Shown: positions 31,510-42,027 of the stretch, in pieces
Layout of the letters: each line of letters opens with the position of its first letter
Position numbering within the stretch: position 1 is the first letter of the stretch
DNA from: Vampirovibrionaceae bacterium NZW_1234
Lineage (GTDB): Bacteria > Cyanobacteriota > Vampirovibrionia > Vampirovibrionales > JAGQHJ01
Assembly (NCBI GenBank): GCA_041697335.1
Contig: JBGUGD010000016.1
Location: 1-64,000, forward strand
Length of the DNA stretch: 64,000 nt
Direction of reading: 5' to 3'
Position numbers and translations under genes: made by a program
Notes under the pieces: generated by a model
Told to the model about the DNA's origin: nothing
What the model saw: only the letters and a program-made list of their open reading frames with translations
Database searches by the model: none

Positions 31510-31758
31510 ATGTCATTTACGTCTGCAACACAATTAGTGCGGTCTCAAGTTGCATCTTATGCATCCCCTTCGTTTCGCACCAATACGCGCCAGGAACGCG
31601 TATTGAACGAGCCTAAGTTTCAAGGTAGTAACGGTAACAACGGTCTGTTTGGCACTGATATGGATGTGGTGAGTTTTAACACCGCACCCGCCCAAGCCAA
31701 GCCGCAAGACAATAGCAGCCGCTACGCCATTAAATTTGTCAATCCGTTTGCACAATAG
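31510..31758 (+). CDS. Small low-complexity hypothetical protein
   Basis: AGGGGA SD; 82 aa; contains PKFQG motif. Confidence 0.65.
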   Translation: MSFTSATQLVRSQVASYASPSFRTNTRQERVLNEPKFQGSNGNNGLFGTDMDVVSFNTAPAQAKPQDNSSRYAIKFVNPFAQ

Positions 31759-31969
31759 AATCTAAAATCCTGATAAGACAGTATGATGCATCACTGTGTC
31801 TTTCGGCAGTTCTTTGCTGCTCAATCAAGCACAGTTATGTAATACATACGGCAGTTTCACAGGTTTTACTGGGTGGGGGAACACAGAGGCATGGGTTTCC
31901 ATGCCGGATATCAACATAGGGGGTCATCGTCAATAGATGACGGATGGGGTGCACGCGAGGTGCATTTGG

Positions 31970-32566
31970 TTAAGAGGGGTTTAGTAAGGCCAGGCTGTTG
32001 AAATGGTTCATGGCGGGAACCATACCTTGGTCCAACCACATTTCAACAGCCTGCCTGCAAGCACGTAATATGGTTGGGAGCGCTTCCTGCTCCTGAGGTG
32101 TAAAATTGGCCAGCACATAGTCAGCCAAATCCCACTGGGGCGGGGCTTCATTGACACCAATTCGCAAGCGCGGAACGGCAGCCGTGCCGGTTCGCCCGAT
32201 AACGGATTTCATCCCATTGTGACTGCCTGCGCTGCCATCCGGCCGCAACCGAATTTTACCGAACGGCAAGGCCACATCATCATAGGCCACCAAGACCTGC
32301 TCAATTGGAATCTTGAAATAGCCCATGGCCTTGACCAACGCATCACCCGACAGGTTCATGTAGGTCTGGGGTTCCAACAAAATAACTTTCTGACCTTGAA
32401 TACGCCCTTGGCCCATCAGGGCGTTCATGGCTTTTTCGGCCTTGAGTGAAATGCCATGGGTCTCAGCCAAGGCATCAATACACATAAATCCAATATTGTG
32501 GCGGGTTAATGCATATTTTGCCCCGGGATTTCCCAGACCAACCACGAGAAAGGCAGCATCTGCCAC
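31970..32566 (-). CDS. pth: Peptidyl-tRNA hydrolase
   Basis: VGLGNPG, TRHNIGF, TYMNLSG, HNGMKS, RLRIG; GTG 32566 with GGAGG SD. Confidence 0.97.
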   Translation of the reverse strand: MADAAFLVVGLGNPGAKYALTRHNIGFMCIDALAETHGISLKAEKAMNALMGQGRIQGQKVILLEPQTYMNLSGDALVKAMGYFKIPIEQVLVAYDDVALPFGKIRLRPDGSAGSHNGMKSVIGRTGTAAVPRLRIGVNEAPPQWDLADYVLANFTPQEQEALPTILRACRQAVEMWLDQGMVPAMNHFNSLALLNPS

Positions 32567-32832
32567 AACGTAAAACCTCCGTACAACTGCACGCTTTAAT
32601 CTTATTAGAGACCATGAGCTCTGGCGTGGGTCAAGGACCATGCCCAAGCCATGCTCTGGATGTAACGCAATATAAACCCTTCCACATCCGCCTGATACAA
32701 GGACTTGACCGGTATCGAAGAATCTACGGCAGAGGCGTTAGGCAATTTTCACTTATTTTTTGTTTTTATTAGCTTAAGCATTTTTATGCCAGATCGCGGG
32801 TCATATCAACGTCGTGTAAGAGGACATTACTG

Positions 32833-33648
32833 GTGCCTGAGAGCTCACACCAATCGCATACGGGAAGCTTGTTCAATCTGCTCCGTCATCCTTCTTCGGC
32901 CATTAATCATGATATGGCTCGGGAAGTGGAAGCCTATTATGCAGGCAATCCCTTGACCTCACCGGTGAAAGTCCTACCCCGGACGCAACCTCAAACCATG
33001 GCCTTGGAAGTGGAAGCTGCGGCATCCGTTAAACCGGTCACAGTGATGTTTGTGGATTTACGCGATTTTACAGCCATGGTGGAACAGTATCCACCCAACC
33101 AGGTGGTGCGCCAGCTGAACGAATATTTCTCCTGTATGACCCGGATCATCGTCAACTATGGCGGCATCCTGGATAAATACATGGGTGATGAAATTATGGC
33201 CTATTTCGAGTGCCATAACCCGCTGGATTACGCCCGTGCGGCTCAGCAAGCGGTAATGGCGTCATTGGAGATGCTATATGCACTAGAACAACTAAATCAG
33301 CAATGGCAACAGCGAGGCTGGCCACCTTTGAAGAGCGGCATTGGCATCAACAGTGGCCCGGTGGTTAAAGGTAATATCGGCTCAATGGTGAAATTGGAAA
33401 CCACCATCATTGGGGATACCGTCAACGTGGCCTCCCGTTTGCAGCATTTGAACAAAGACTTCAATACCCGGCTCTTGATCAGTGCAGCAACCTTTAAGCT
33501 TATCCAAGGACAATTTCCGGTCCGTTCCTTAGGGGATGTGTCGATTCGAGGCCGAAGCAAACCACTTGGCGTCTTTGAAGTAAACCTCGAGACAATCATG
33601 GCTTCACTCGTTCAAAACAGCGTGGACTCTCAAGCCTATTCCGGTTGA
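32833..33648 (+). CDS. Class III adenylate/guanylate cyclase, stand-alone catalytic domain
   Basis: VMFVDLRDFT, DKYMGDEIMA, IGDTVNVASRLQ. Confidence 0.93.
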   Translation: MPESSHQSHTGSLFNLLRHPSSAINHDMAREVEAYYAGNPLTSPVKVLPRTQPQTMALEVEAAASVKPVTVMFVDLRDFTAMVEQYPPNQVVRQLNEYFSCMTRIIVNYGGILDKYMGDEIMAYFECHNPLDYARAAQQAVMASLEMLYALEQLNQQWQQRGWPPLKSGIGINSGPVVKGNIGSMVKLETTIIGDTVNVASRLQHLNKDFNTRLLISAATFKLIQGQFPVRSLGDVSIRGRSKPLGVFEVNLETIMASLVQNSVDSQAYSG

Positions 33649-33745
33649 ACGACAGACGGAGTTGAGCTCCAACGCATTGAGTGGCCATCGTTAAACTGAG
33701 ATATCATCTGAGAACGGGTTGATGAATGGGAGAAAACAGAAGTGA

Positions 33746-34048
33746 CTAACCTGAAATCATACGGGCAAGCTTAAACGCGCCCCATCCCAACAAGACAACC
33801 GGAATAGCCACAGCAATGGCAGCACAACATGCCAAGCCTTTAGCCAAGCCTAAACCACCTGCCAGGACGGCACCCAAGGTTGCCGTGATGGGCTCTAACA
33901 GTTTCGCCTTTTGTGCCGGTGCGGCTTGGGCCGGAGCCGGACCCCCTGTAACTTCAGACTGCTTTTCCTGACGACTTGGACGAGCAGAAAATCGCATGGC
34001 GACGGCATTTTTCTGGCCGGGCAATGCGCCTAAACCGTTTGCTAACAT
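33746..34048 (-). CDS. Small protein with MRFSA motif and hydrophobic C-terminal hairpin
   Basis: AAGGAG SD before ATG 34048; C-terminal LGAVLAGGLGLAKGLACCAAIAVAIPVVLLGWG. Confidence 0.7.
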   Translation of the reverse strand: MLANGLGALPGQKNAVAMRFSARPSRQEKQSEVTGGPAPAQAAPAQKAKLLEPITATLGAVLAGGLGLAKGLACCAAIAVAIPVVLLGWGAFKLARMISG

Positions 34049-34302
34049 GGCTTGTCTCCTTTTGGACGTGTCTTCGTTCAACCGTTATATCATAAATCCG
34101 TGAGGACTCCTGCGAGGGAATCACTCTTATAAGACCCCTCAACTCCCTGAGTTGCTAAAGTATAAAGTTATGTAACACCTGCCGATACCCGCCAAATGAC
34201 TATGTTGGCCCTCCCCAAGTATGGGCGTCAACCCGGGAAGGCCCTGTGTTTTTGGTATACTCATCCGCGTGAAACACACAGCTTGGAGAAAGAAAGCGTT
34301 TT

Positions 34303-35169
34303 ATGCCTGCCACCTTTGCCACCAATGAAGCAAAACTGGTTGCCCTCTCCGTAACCGGGGATATTGCTTCGCCCAGCCTGAAATTGTCCTATCGCATCCA
34401 CCCGGTCAGCGGCGACCCTATTCAATTGCCCAGCGTGGGAGGCATTAGCTACAACGCCAACCTTGGGGATCCGGCCGTAGGCATTATGGCCGATCACATT
34501 GAGCCGGGTGTTTCCATCCGCCACAGCCATGATGCCAGCAATAAGGCCCTAAACACCTTTGCCTGCATCGGCAACGTCGCGAAAGTCATCACGGGCGAAG
34601 GCAAGGGCCTCACGGGGTGGGTGACAGGCAAGCATGGCGGGGTGGAGCATGTCATGATACACCTGCCAAACGTGGCCGACCTGGATCGACTGACCCTGGG
34701 GGATCGCTTTCTTATCAAGGCCCTGGGCACCGGTCTTCAGTTGCCGGATTTTCCGGAAATTACAGTACTCAATACCGATCCGGGCCTACTTGGGCGCCTG
34801 GTGACGCGGGAAGCCGACACCATCGTCTGCCCTGTGACGCATCATGTACCCGCCTATTTGCTCGGAGCCGGGCTGGGCGAAGAAACATGCCATAGCGGGG
34901 ACGTTGACATCCAGCTCTTTGATGATGAGGCCGTCTCTGAATTTCAACTGGACACGTTACGCTTTGGCGATATTGTTGCCATGCTGGACACGGATCATCG
35001 CTACGGACGCATTTATCGTCGAGGCTGGCTCAGCATTGGCGTCATCACCCACAGCTGCTGTGTCCAAGCAGGTCATGGCCCAGGGGTCACAACCATGCTG
35101 ACAGGCCCTGCACATTGCCTCAAAACCGTCCTCACCCCCCAGGCGAACCTGAAACATTATCTGGCCTAA
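34303..35169 (+). CDS. DUF4438 family protein
   Basis: GGISYN, DHIEPGVS, ACIGNVAKV, TGKHGGVEHV, GHGPGVT. Confidence 0.85.
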   Translation: MPATFATNEAKLVALSVTGDIASPSLKLSYRIHPVSGDPIQLPSVGGISYNANLGDPAVGIMADHIEPGVSIRHSHDASNKALNTFACIGNVAKVITGEGKGLTGWVTGKHGGVEHVMIHLPNVADLDRLTLGDRFLIKALGTGLQLPDFPEITVLNTDPGLLGRLVTREADTIVCPVTHHVPAYLLGAGLGEETCHSGDVDIQLFDDEAVSEFQLDTLRFGDIVAMLDTDHRYGRIYRRGWLSIGVITHSCCVQAGHGPGVTTMLTGPAHCLKTVLTPQANLKHYLA

Positions 35170-35188
35170 GGCTTTCTCGGATAGGGGC

Positions 35189-35225
35189 AAAAAGAAAAAG
35201 GATCCGATGCGAACATCGTGATCCT
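35189..35225 (-). terminator. Rho-independent terminator of the response regulator gene
   Basis: Minus strand AGGATCACGATG-TTCG-CATCGGATCC then TTTTTCTTTTT. Confidence 0.75.
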
Positions 35226-35273
35226 AATCACCAACCTGAGAAATAGACAAGAAAATTGTGGTGTTACATGCCC

Positions 35274-36002
35274 TTAGACCAGGCCTTCTCGGATGGCTTT
35301 CACAGCCGCCTGAACCCGATCATTGACATAGAGTTTTTGCAAAATATTGCACACGTGAGCTTTTGCCGTATGCACACTGACAATCAGTTCATTGGCAATT
35401 TCCGTATTGCTCATGCCTTCAACCAACAACCGCAACACCTCCATCTCACGCTCGGTGAGTTGGGCTTTATTGGTACTCGACGACTTGACGGCGCTGGCAC
35501 CCGGGGTAGCTTTGCCTTCATTCGGCTTGGGGCAGAGTTTTAAGGCGACCGAGGCAATGGCCGGGTCCAACCAGGCCCCGCCTTCTGCAACAGTTTGAAT
35601 CGCTTCAGCCAGGCGAACCGAATCAATATCTTTTAAGCAATAAGCGTTAGCGCCCGAACCCAAAGCGGAAATCACTTCCTCTTCACGTTCATGGGAGGTT
35701 AAGACAATAACCTTGATATTGGGGTCAAAGGTTTTAATTTGCTGGGTTGCTTCAATCCCATTCATACCCGGCAGACCTAAGTCCATCAGGACTACATCGG
35801 GGCGCAGGCGGCGAATCAGACTCAAACCTTTTTCAGCGTTTTCGGCTTCGCCAATGACTTTGATATTTTCATATTTGCTTAAAAAGGAACGGATCCCGAC
35901 TCGGGTGAGGTTGTAATCTTCAACGATGACCACATTAATTAACCGGTTGGTCATTACAGGAGTGGACGTGGATGTCGGTTGTGTTGCCAAGTTCATATTC
36001 AT
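35274..36002 (-). CDS. NarL/FixJ family response regulator (orphan)
   Basis: REC domain (VVLMDLGLP) plus LuxR HTH (LTEREMEVL...TAKAHV). Confidence 0.95.
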   Translation of the reverse strand: MNMNLATQPTSTSTPVMTNRLINVVIVEDYNLTRVGIRSFLSKYENIKVIGEAENAEKGLSLIRRLRPDVVLMDLGLPGMNGIEATQQIKTFDPNIKVIVLTSHEREEEVISALGSGANAYCLKDIDSVRLAEAIQTVAEGGAWLDPAIASVALKLCPKPNEGKATPGASAVKSSSTNKAQLTEREMEVLRLLVEGMSNTEIANELIVSVHTAKAHVCNILQKLYVNDRVQAAVKAIREGLV

Positions 36003-36907
36003 CGAAATACCCTCTTAATTATGACTCTCTATCAATAGCTAAGGATTATCAAAAAACCGCAGGTGGTTTACATTGGTCTCTTCTTTTATCGTTATTGCCC
36101 ATATTTGGGTCAATAAATTGCGTCAACATTTCACCAAATGGCAGTCATTTGGGCCTAGACCAACCTGGTTGTTCTTATAGGTAGCGGCAGAGCCGTTATA
36201 CCCAACCTCGATTGGTTTTTAGGTCGCCTCTAACGCTTTTGACTAACGCTATTTGGCTATTAGCTTTATACACATTCCATACCTAAGATTCACTAACCCG
36301 ATTGGGCAGTCTTCAAGGATTCCTTTAAAAAACCCTTTTTCAGAGCAAGGTTTCGCCTTGGCAGGCGATTATTTTAGGCACACCTTGCTTAGCATTCCAT
36401 TTTTAAAATTCCCTTATTTTCACAACAAAGGCGCCAAAAGCCTGACTTTTATTAGTATTTTACAAAATACCCAGGCAATTATACGTCTATAATCGTCAAT
36501 CATCGACAATGAATTTCATGAGTATTTGCTAAAAATACGGTTCACAAGGCTTTTCATGATCCACAAAACAATCTTATTCACTGAAGTCCAGGCCATTTCT
36601 AATTCGCTATTGCTCTGATCGGCAATGCTGTAATTGTCGAACCGGCTAAATGACGTCCTCTTAACTTCTTGTTTAAATCCTTCAACGAAACATCTTGGAA
36701 AATAAAATACCCACAGAAACTGGATTAGGGGAAACTTTGATCTGCGCAACAAAGGAGGTGTGATGTTGATTTTGCCATAACCAACACCCTTGGATAGTGG
36801 CAATACCATTTCCGGATAAAACAGTTTTTTTGGTATTTAGCAGTGTTCCTGTCTGGTTTATCAAAGCCTGTTACTCTCAATAATAATTTTAAGAAAGGAT
36901 ACATACT

Positions 36908-38710
36908 ATGGTAAATAAACGCAGTTTATTAGCACTCGCAGTTACTGTTTCATTGGCTGGTGCTTCTGCCGCCGCTTGGGCCGATGTTGAAGACTCCTAT
37001 ATTGATAATTCCCAAGGGCAAAACAACGGCCAAGTGGATTCCTTCAATGACAATTCCAAAGGCCAAAACAACGGCGTTGTCGACAGCAGCGACAACAGCA
37101 TCAGCGACTCCGCCAATGGCAACACCATCGGTAACACCAAAACCGATTCTAGCGCCAACGATTCCTTCAACGACAATTCCGAAGGACAAAACAATGGCCA
37201 AGTCGATTCTTTCAACTCTTACTCCGATGCCAGCGTGAATGACAGCGGCAATACCGATGCCAGTATCAATGACAGCGGCAATGGCAATACCATTGGCAAT
37301 ACCAAAACCGATGCCAGCATCAACGATTCCTTCAACGACAATTCCCACGGCCAGAACAACGGCGTTGTCGACAGCAGCGATAACAGCGTGAATGACAGTG
37401 GAAACACCGATGCCAGCGCCAACGATTCGTTCAATGACAACTCTCAAGGGCAAAACAATGGCCAGGTAGATTCCTTCAACACCGATGCCAGTGTTAACGA
37501 TTCTGGTAATACCTATGCCAGCGTCAGCGATTCCGGCAACACCGACAATAGCGTGAATGACAGTGGCAACGGCAACAGCATCGGCAACACCAAAACCGAT
37601 GCCAGCGTCAACGATTCCTTCAACGACAATTCCCACGGCCAAAACAACGGTGTTGTGGACAATAGCGACAACAGCGTGAATGACAGCGGCAACACCGATG
37701 CCAGCATCAACGATTCGGGCAACGGCAACGTGATCGGCAACACCGATGCCAGCGTCAATGACAGCGGTAATGGCAACAGCATCGGCAACACCAAAACCGA
37801 TACCAACGCCAGTATCAACGATTCGTTCAACGACAACTCCCAAGGCCAGAACAACGGCTTGGTGGATTCCGCGAACACCTACACCGAAACCAAAACCAAC
37901 ACCGACGCCAGCATCAACGATTCCGGTAACACCGATGCCAGCGTAAACCACTCCTTCAATGACAACTCCCAAGGCCAGAACAACGGCTTAGTGGATTCCG
38001 CAAACACCGACAACAGCGTCAACGATTCCGGCAACGGTAACGTGATTGGCAACACGGACGCCAGTGTGACCGACTCCGGTAACACCGACGCCAGCGTGAA
38101 CCACTCCTTCAACGACAACTCCCAAGGCCAGAACAACGGCTTAGTGGATTCCGCGAACACCTACACCGAAACCAAAACCGACAACAGCATCAACGATTCT
38201 TTCAACACCGATGCTAGCGTCAACGACTCCGGCAATGGCAACGTCATTGGCAACACGGACAACAGCATCAACGATTCCTTCAATGACAACTCCCATGGCC
38301 AAAACAACGGCACCATCACCCACGATTCCTTCAAAAACTACGACACGAACAACCAGACCGGGATGTTCAACATGGATGACGGCGCTGCTGCCGCTGTGGG
38401 CAACGCAGCTGATCGTGACGCCACTATCAACGATGGTGATGTCCTGGGTGCTTTAGGTTCTACCGTAGTGACCGGCCAAGCTTATGACTCCGTCATTGGC
38501 ACCGGCAACATCCTGTCGAGCGGCGGTTCCGTGTTAAACGGCGACGGCATCATGGGCAACATCGACACCGCAATCATCGGCGGCTCTGGCGATGTGTTCA
38601 AGCAAGTCGGCGTGGGTATCGGTGGCGATGTGAGCGACAGCAACGTCAACAACTCGCAAACCACCGTGGTCACCGGCAACAACCAAAACGTGACCCAAAT
38701 CGGTCAATAA
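36908..38710 (+). CDS. Secreted Asn/Asp/Ser-rich repeat protein
   Basis: Sec signal ending AWA; ten GQNNG units and many D(A/N)S(V/I)NDS units; AAGGA SD. Confidence 0.9.
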   Translation: MVNKRSLLALAVTVSLAGASAAAWADVEDSYIDNSQGQNNGQVDSFNDNSKGQNNGVVDSSDNSISDSANGNTIGNTKTDSSANDSFNDNSEGQNNGQVDSFNSYSDASVNDSGNTDASINDSGNGNTIGNTKTDASINDSFNDNSHGQNNGVVDSSDNSVNDSGNTDASANDSFNDNSQGQNNGQVDSFNTDASVNDSGNTYASVSDSGNTDNSVNDSGNGNSIGNTKTDASVNDSFNDNSHGQNNGVVDNSDNSVNDSGNTDASINDSGNGNVIGNTDASVNDSGNGNSIGNTKTDTNASINDSFNDNSQGQNNGLVDSANTYTETKTNTDASINDSGNTDASVNHSFNDNSQGQNNGLVDSANTDNSVNDSGNGNVIGNTDASVTDSGNTDASVNHSFNDNSQGQNNGLVDSANTYTETKTDNSINDSFNTDASVNDSGNGNVIGNTDNSINDSFNDNSHGQNNGTITHDSFKNYDTNNQTGMFNMDDGAAAAVGNAADRDATINDGDVLGALGSTVVTGQAYDSVIGTGNILSSGGSVLNGDGIMGNIDTAIIGGSGDVFKQVGVGIGGDVSDSNVNNSQTTVVTGNNQNVTQIGQ

Positions 38711-38722
38711 TCCTTGTTTCAC

Positions 38723-38754
38723 AGGTCCGGATCTCATGGATGGGATCCGGACCT
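38723..38754 (+). terminator. Stem-loop after the repeat-protein gene (weak terminator or mRNA stabiliser)
   Basis: AGGTCCGGATC-N10-GATCCGGACCT with only a short T run. Confidence 0.55.
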
Positions 38755-38852
38755 TTCCCCCTCCCTGAGAACATTCGCAACAAAGGAACATCCATCAAGC
38801 GTTCGATAAGCCAACCAATCATCAGCGCATCAGCCAGCAAAAGGAGCGGCGT

Positions 38853-40151
38853 ATGACACAGCAGCAAACGTATTTTAAGGGACCGTTTCGAACCGTAAAT
38901 CGTTTTTTGACCTTTGGATTTCTGGTAGGAACCGTGTGGATGAGCGGGAACCAAGCCGGTTATGCCTTTGAACTCGACAATGTCAATTCCATGGGCGGTC
39001 ACATGTCTCAAACCTTCACCGACAGTTTCGGCCTTACATCCGTGATGGGTACCACCGGCGCTAATTTCGGCTCAGGCAGCTCTTTGGGCACAGGTATCAA
39101 TATGGGATCGGGGCTCAATACCGGCAGCGGCACCAATATGGGCTCCGGCATCAACACCAATTCGGGCGTCAATGCCGGTAGCGGCACAAATAATGGTACT
39201 GGTGTCAATCTGGGGGGCGGTATTTTAGGCGATGTCAACAATGCCATTGTCAACCCTTCGCCTAATGGCAACAGCCAGGTTTCTAACGGAGTCGGCGTGG
39301 CCATTAACGGCAACACCGACGGCTCTTTAGTCAACAACACACAAAACAATCTGTCCACGGGGAGCAACACCAACTACAACCAAATCGTCAATCCAAATAC
39401 GTCCAATTCCAACGGGGGAAATGCGGTGCTGATGTTGCCTCGAAACCCGTTGCCTTTGGGGAATGCCGGGTTGGGCCGCTCGAATTTCGGACTTCAGTTT
39501 GGGCTTCAAAACAACCCCATTTTAAGCGGTCTGGGTCGGGGCGGCGGCAATGCGCTGGGCTGGTTTATGCAAGCCGGTTTAACGATTCCCTTCGGAAAGA
39601 TCCCCGATATTTATCGCAACCAGGCCTCTCAGCCCTCTCTGGATACGGATGTGCGCCAAGCCCGTCAAGAGCAGCAGCGTAACCTTTTTAATCCCGGGGG
39701 CCCCAATAATTCCATGCAACCGGGAAGCATCAAAACCAACGTCAACGGTCGCATCATGAGTATGGGGGCGTATAATTATGCCACCATTCCCAACACGAAA
39801 ATTCCATTGCCCGACAACTTAAGCGGGGCTGTCAGCGATCTTAAACTCCAGTCACCTAAAATCGTGGCGCTCACCAGTGCCGAAGTTTACAGCAAGCCGC
39901 TCAACGTCGGGGAAAAAATTGGGACCGTCGAAGTGGGTAACGAATACGCCTATCTGGGACATACCAAATCGGGCTGGGTTAAGCTCCTGATGCCCAACGG
40001 CAAGGAAGGCTGGACCAGTACCACATTTGAATACCTGAAGAACGATTACACCGAGATTGATGATCTGGCACTCTCGGTCCCCAGCGTCAAACGGGAAAAA
40101 ACAGCGTTTAAACCGGAACAAAAACACCCGGCTCAAAAACGGGCCCAATAA
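38853..40151 (+). CDS. Secreted Gly/Asn-rich protein with probable C-terminal SH3b-like domain
   Basis: Hydrophobic N-terminus; GSGxN repeats; SGWVKLLMPNGKEGW; AAGGAG SD. Confidence 0.75.
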   Translation: MTQQQTYFKGPFRTVNRFLTFGFLVGTVWMSGNQAGYAFELDNVNSMGGHMSQTFTDSFGLTSVMGTTGANFGSGSSLGTGINMGSGLNTGSGTNMGSGINTNSGVNAGSGTNNGTGVNLGGGILGDVNNAIVNPSPNGNSQVSNGVGVAINGNTDGSLVNNTQNNLSTGSNTNYNQIVNPNTSNSNGGNAVLMLPRNPLPLGNAGLGRSNFGLQFGLQNNPILSGLGRGGGNALGWFMQAGLTIPFGKIPDIYRNQASQPSLDTDVRQARQEQQRNLFNPGGPNNSMQPGSIKTNVNGRIMSMGAYNYATIPNTKIPLPDNLSGAVSDLKLQSPKIVALTSAEVYSKPLNVGEKIGTVEVGNEYAYLGHTKSGWVKLLMPNGKEGWTSTTFEYLKNDYTEIDDLALSVPSVKREKTAFKPEQKHPAQKRAQ

Positions 40152-40175
40152 CATACAACCTGATGAGATGCCGCT

Positions 40176-40661
40176 ATGGATCACCCGAAATCTGTCACCA
40201 TCACCATTCATCCCTGGAAAAAAGCCGTCACCTGGATTTTATCGTCATGGGTGATCCTGGCGGCCTGTTTGATCCTACTCTGTCCCGTGGCGCATGCCCG
40301 ATCAGCGGCGACACCCTGGACCATGGATCAGACCTTTCAGAATCTCGTCTACGGGGCCTCCACACCTCCGGAGGTGGTTCGCATTGTCGGCCGCTATCCC
40401 GATGAAATTGTCAAAGCCGATCAGATGGCCCCGGCGATTTTAAATTATTATTATTTCGATGAACAGAACCGGGCCACGGTGTTTGTCTTTGAAAATAATT
40501 TCCTGGTGGCCCTGTTGTACCGTTCCGCATCGGATCAATACGTGGATTTGACGTCGTTTTTACCCAATGTTGGCGATCGCATGATCAATTCTCAGATATT
40601 GGGTAACACCATGGGCTATTTCCCCAACCTGCCCATGTTCAATCCATTCATGATGCCCTAA
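40176..40661 (+). CDS. Exported hypothetical protein
   Basis: Signal-like hydrophobic N-terminus ending AHA; EVVRIVGRYPD...YYY pattern like BamE/BLIP-fold proteins. Confidence 0.65.
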   Translation: MDHPKSVTITIHPWKKAVTWILSSWVILAACLILLCPVAHARSAATPWTMDQTFQNLVYGASTPPEVVRIVGRYPDEIVKADQMAPAILNYYYFDEQNRATVFVFENNFLVALLYRSASDQYVDLTSFLPNVGDRMINSQILGNTMGYFPNLPMFNPFMMP

Positions 40662-40842
40662 GTCAGCCCTTGCACGTGTATCCGACATCAAGGCAATAAC
40701 CGTAACCGGCAGGACTTTTTATAATAAATAACATACCCAAACGAGTGCGGGGTCAGACAAACACCGCCCAAAAGGAGGGCCTGCTCCACCCTGAGAAAAA
40801 GGCTCTTTGGGGGTACATGTTGTTTTAGGGGCATAATCAGAC

Positions 40843-42018
40843 ATGCGCATTGCACAAATTGCACCACTCTGGGAGACCGTCCCACCCCGATCCTATGGCG
40901 GAACGGAACTGGTCATTCACCTGTTGACCGAGCACCTGCATCAGCTGGGCCACGAGGTCACCTTATTCGCCGCGCACGCGTCAAAGACCCAGGCACACCT
41001 TCAGGTCTGCTCGGATTTTCCGCTTCGGGAACTGCCCGCGCACTACTCCCACTGCAACGATGCCAAAGCCCTTTCCGTCTACCCCGGTTCGCAGGCCTCG
41101 GCTTATTTTGAACTTCGCATGCTGGAGCATGTCTATGCCCAGGCCGAGCGGTTCGATGTCATTCACAATCACCTGGGCCCGATGGCGCTACCCTTTGCCC
41201 ATCAATCCGGCACGCCCACCCTCACCACCCTGCATGGACCGTTTCTGGAAACCACGTTGATCCAATGTCTGGAAAAACAACAGTACCAGACCTATGCGCA
41301 CCTGCCCTATGTGTCCATCAGCGATAACCAGCGCCAGGGCTGCCCGCAGCTCAATTATGTCCAAACCATTCACCATGGGCTTGATCTGAGCCAATACCCC
41401 TATCAACCCAACCTGCCTGACGAACCTTATTTAGCATTCCTGGGGCGATTCTGCGAGGACAAAGGGCCACACCATGCCATTGCCGTTGCCAAAGCCACGG
41501 GCCTTAAGCTGATTATGGCAGGGAAAGTGGATAATCCTGAGGAAAAAGCCTTTTTTAAACGCGCCGTTGAGCCTCATCTGGACAATCGGCAGATCCGCTA
41601 TATCGGCGAACTCAATCATCCGCAAAAAACAGCGCTTCTGTCCAATGCCGTGGCGACCCTGTGCCCCATTTCATGGCCAGAGCCCTTTGGCCTGGTGGTC
41701 ATTGAATCTATGGCCTGTGGCACACCGGTTCTGGCCTTTGGCCATGGAGCCATTCCGGAACTCATCCGGCACGGCGAAACCGGATTTGTCCTCGATTCCC
41801 CGGAGGCCATGATAGCCGCTCTGGAAAACATCCACACGGTGTCTCGCAAAGCCGTGCGCCACCATGCTGAGAGATCCTTTTCTGCCCAGGCCATGACCCG
41901 GCAGTATGTGGAGGCGTATCAGCGCGTGCGGCTTGAATCGTTGTCATTGCACCCACCGAAAAAAATCACGCGCCTGTCTCACCCCTGGGAATCGGGCAAG
42001 GCCCCGATCGTTGTATAA
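40843..42018 (+). CDS. Glycosyltransferase family 4
   Basis: MRIAQIAPLWETVPP..YGGTE; WPEPFGLVVIESMACGTPV. Confidence 0.95.
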   Translation: MRIAQIAPLWETVPPRSYGGTELVIHLLTEHLHQLGHEVTLFAAHASKTQAHLQVCSDFPLRELPAHYSHCNDAKALSVYPGSQASAYFELRMLEHVYAQAERFDVIHNHLGPMALPFAHQSGTPTLTTLHGPFLETTLIQCLEKQQYQTYAHLPYVSISDNQRQGCPQLNYVQTIHHGLDLSQYPYQPNLPDEPYLAFLGRFCEDKGPHHAIAVAKATGLKLIMAGKVDNPEEKAFFKRAVEPHLDNRQIRYIGELNHPQKTALLSNAVATLCPISWPEPFGLVVIESMACGTPVLAFGHGAIPELIRHGETGFVLDSPEAMIAALENIHTVSRKAVRHHAERSFSAQAMTRQYVEAYQRVRLESLSLHPPKKITRLSHPWESGKAPIVV

Positions 42019-42027
42019 GAGCCTGGA

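Noticed and set aside
36950..38330. DNA repeats as a possible CRISPR array, and the long antisense ORFs over them
   Set aside because: Repeats are in-frame, vary at codon third positions and lack unique spacers. The antisense ORFs are shadows of the biased repeat coding.
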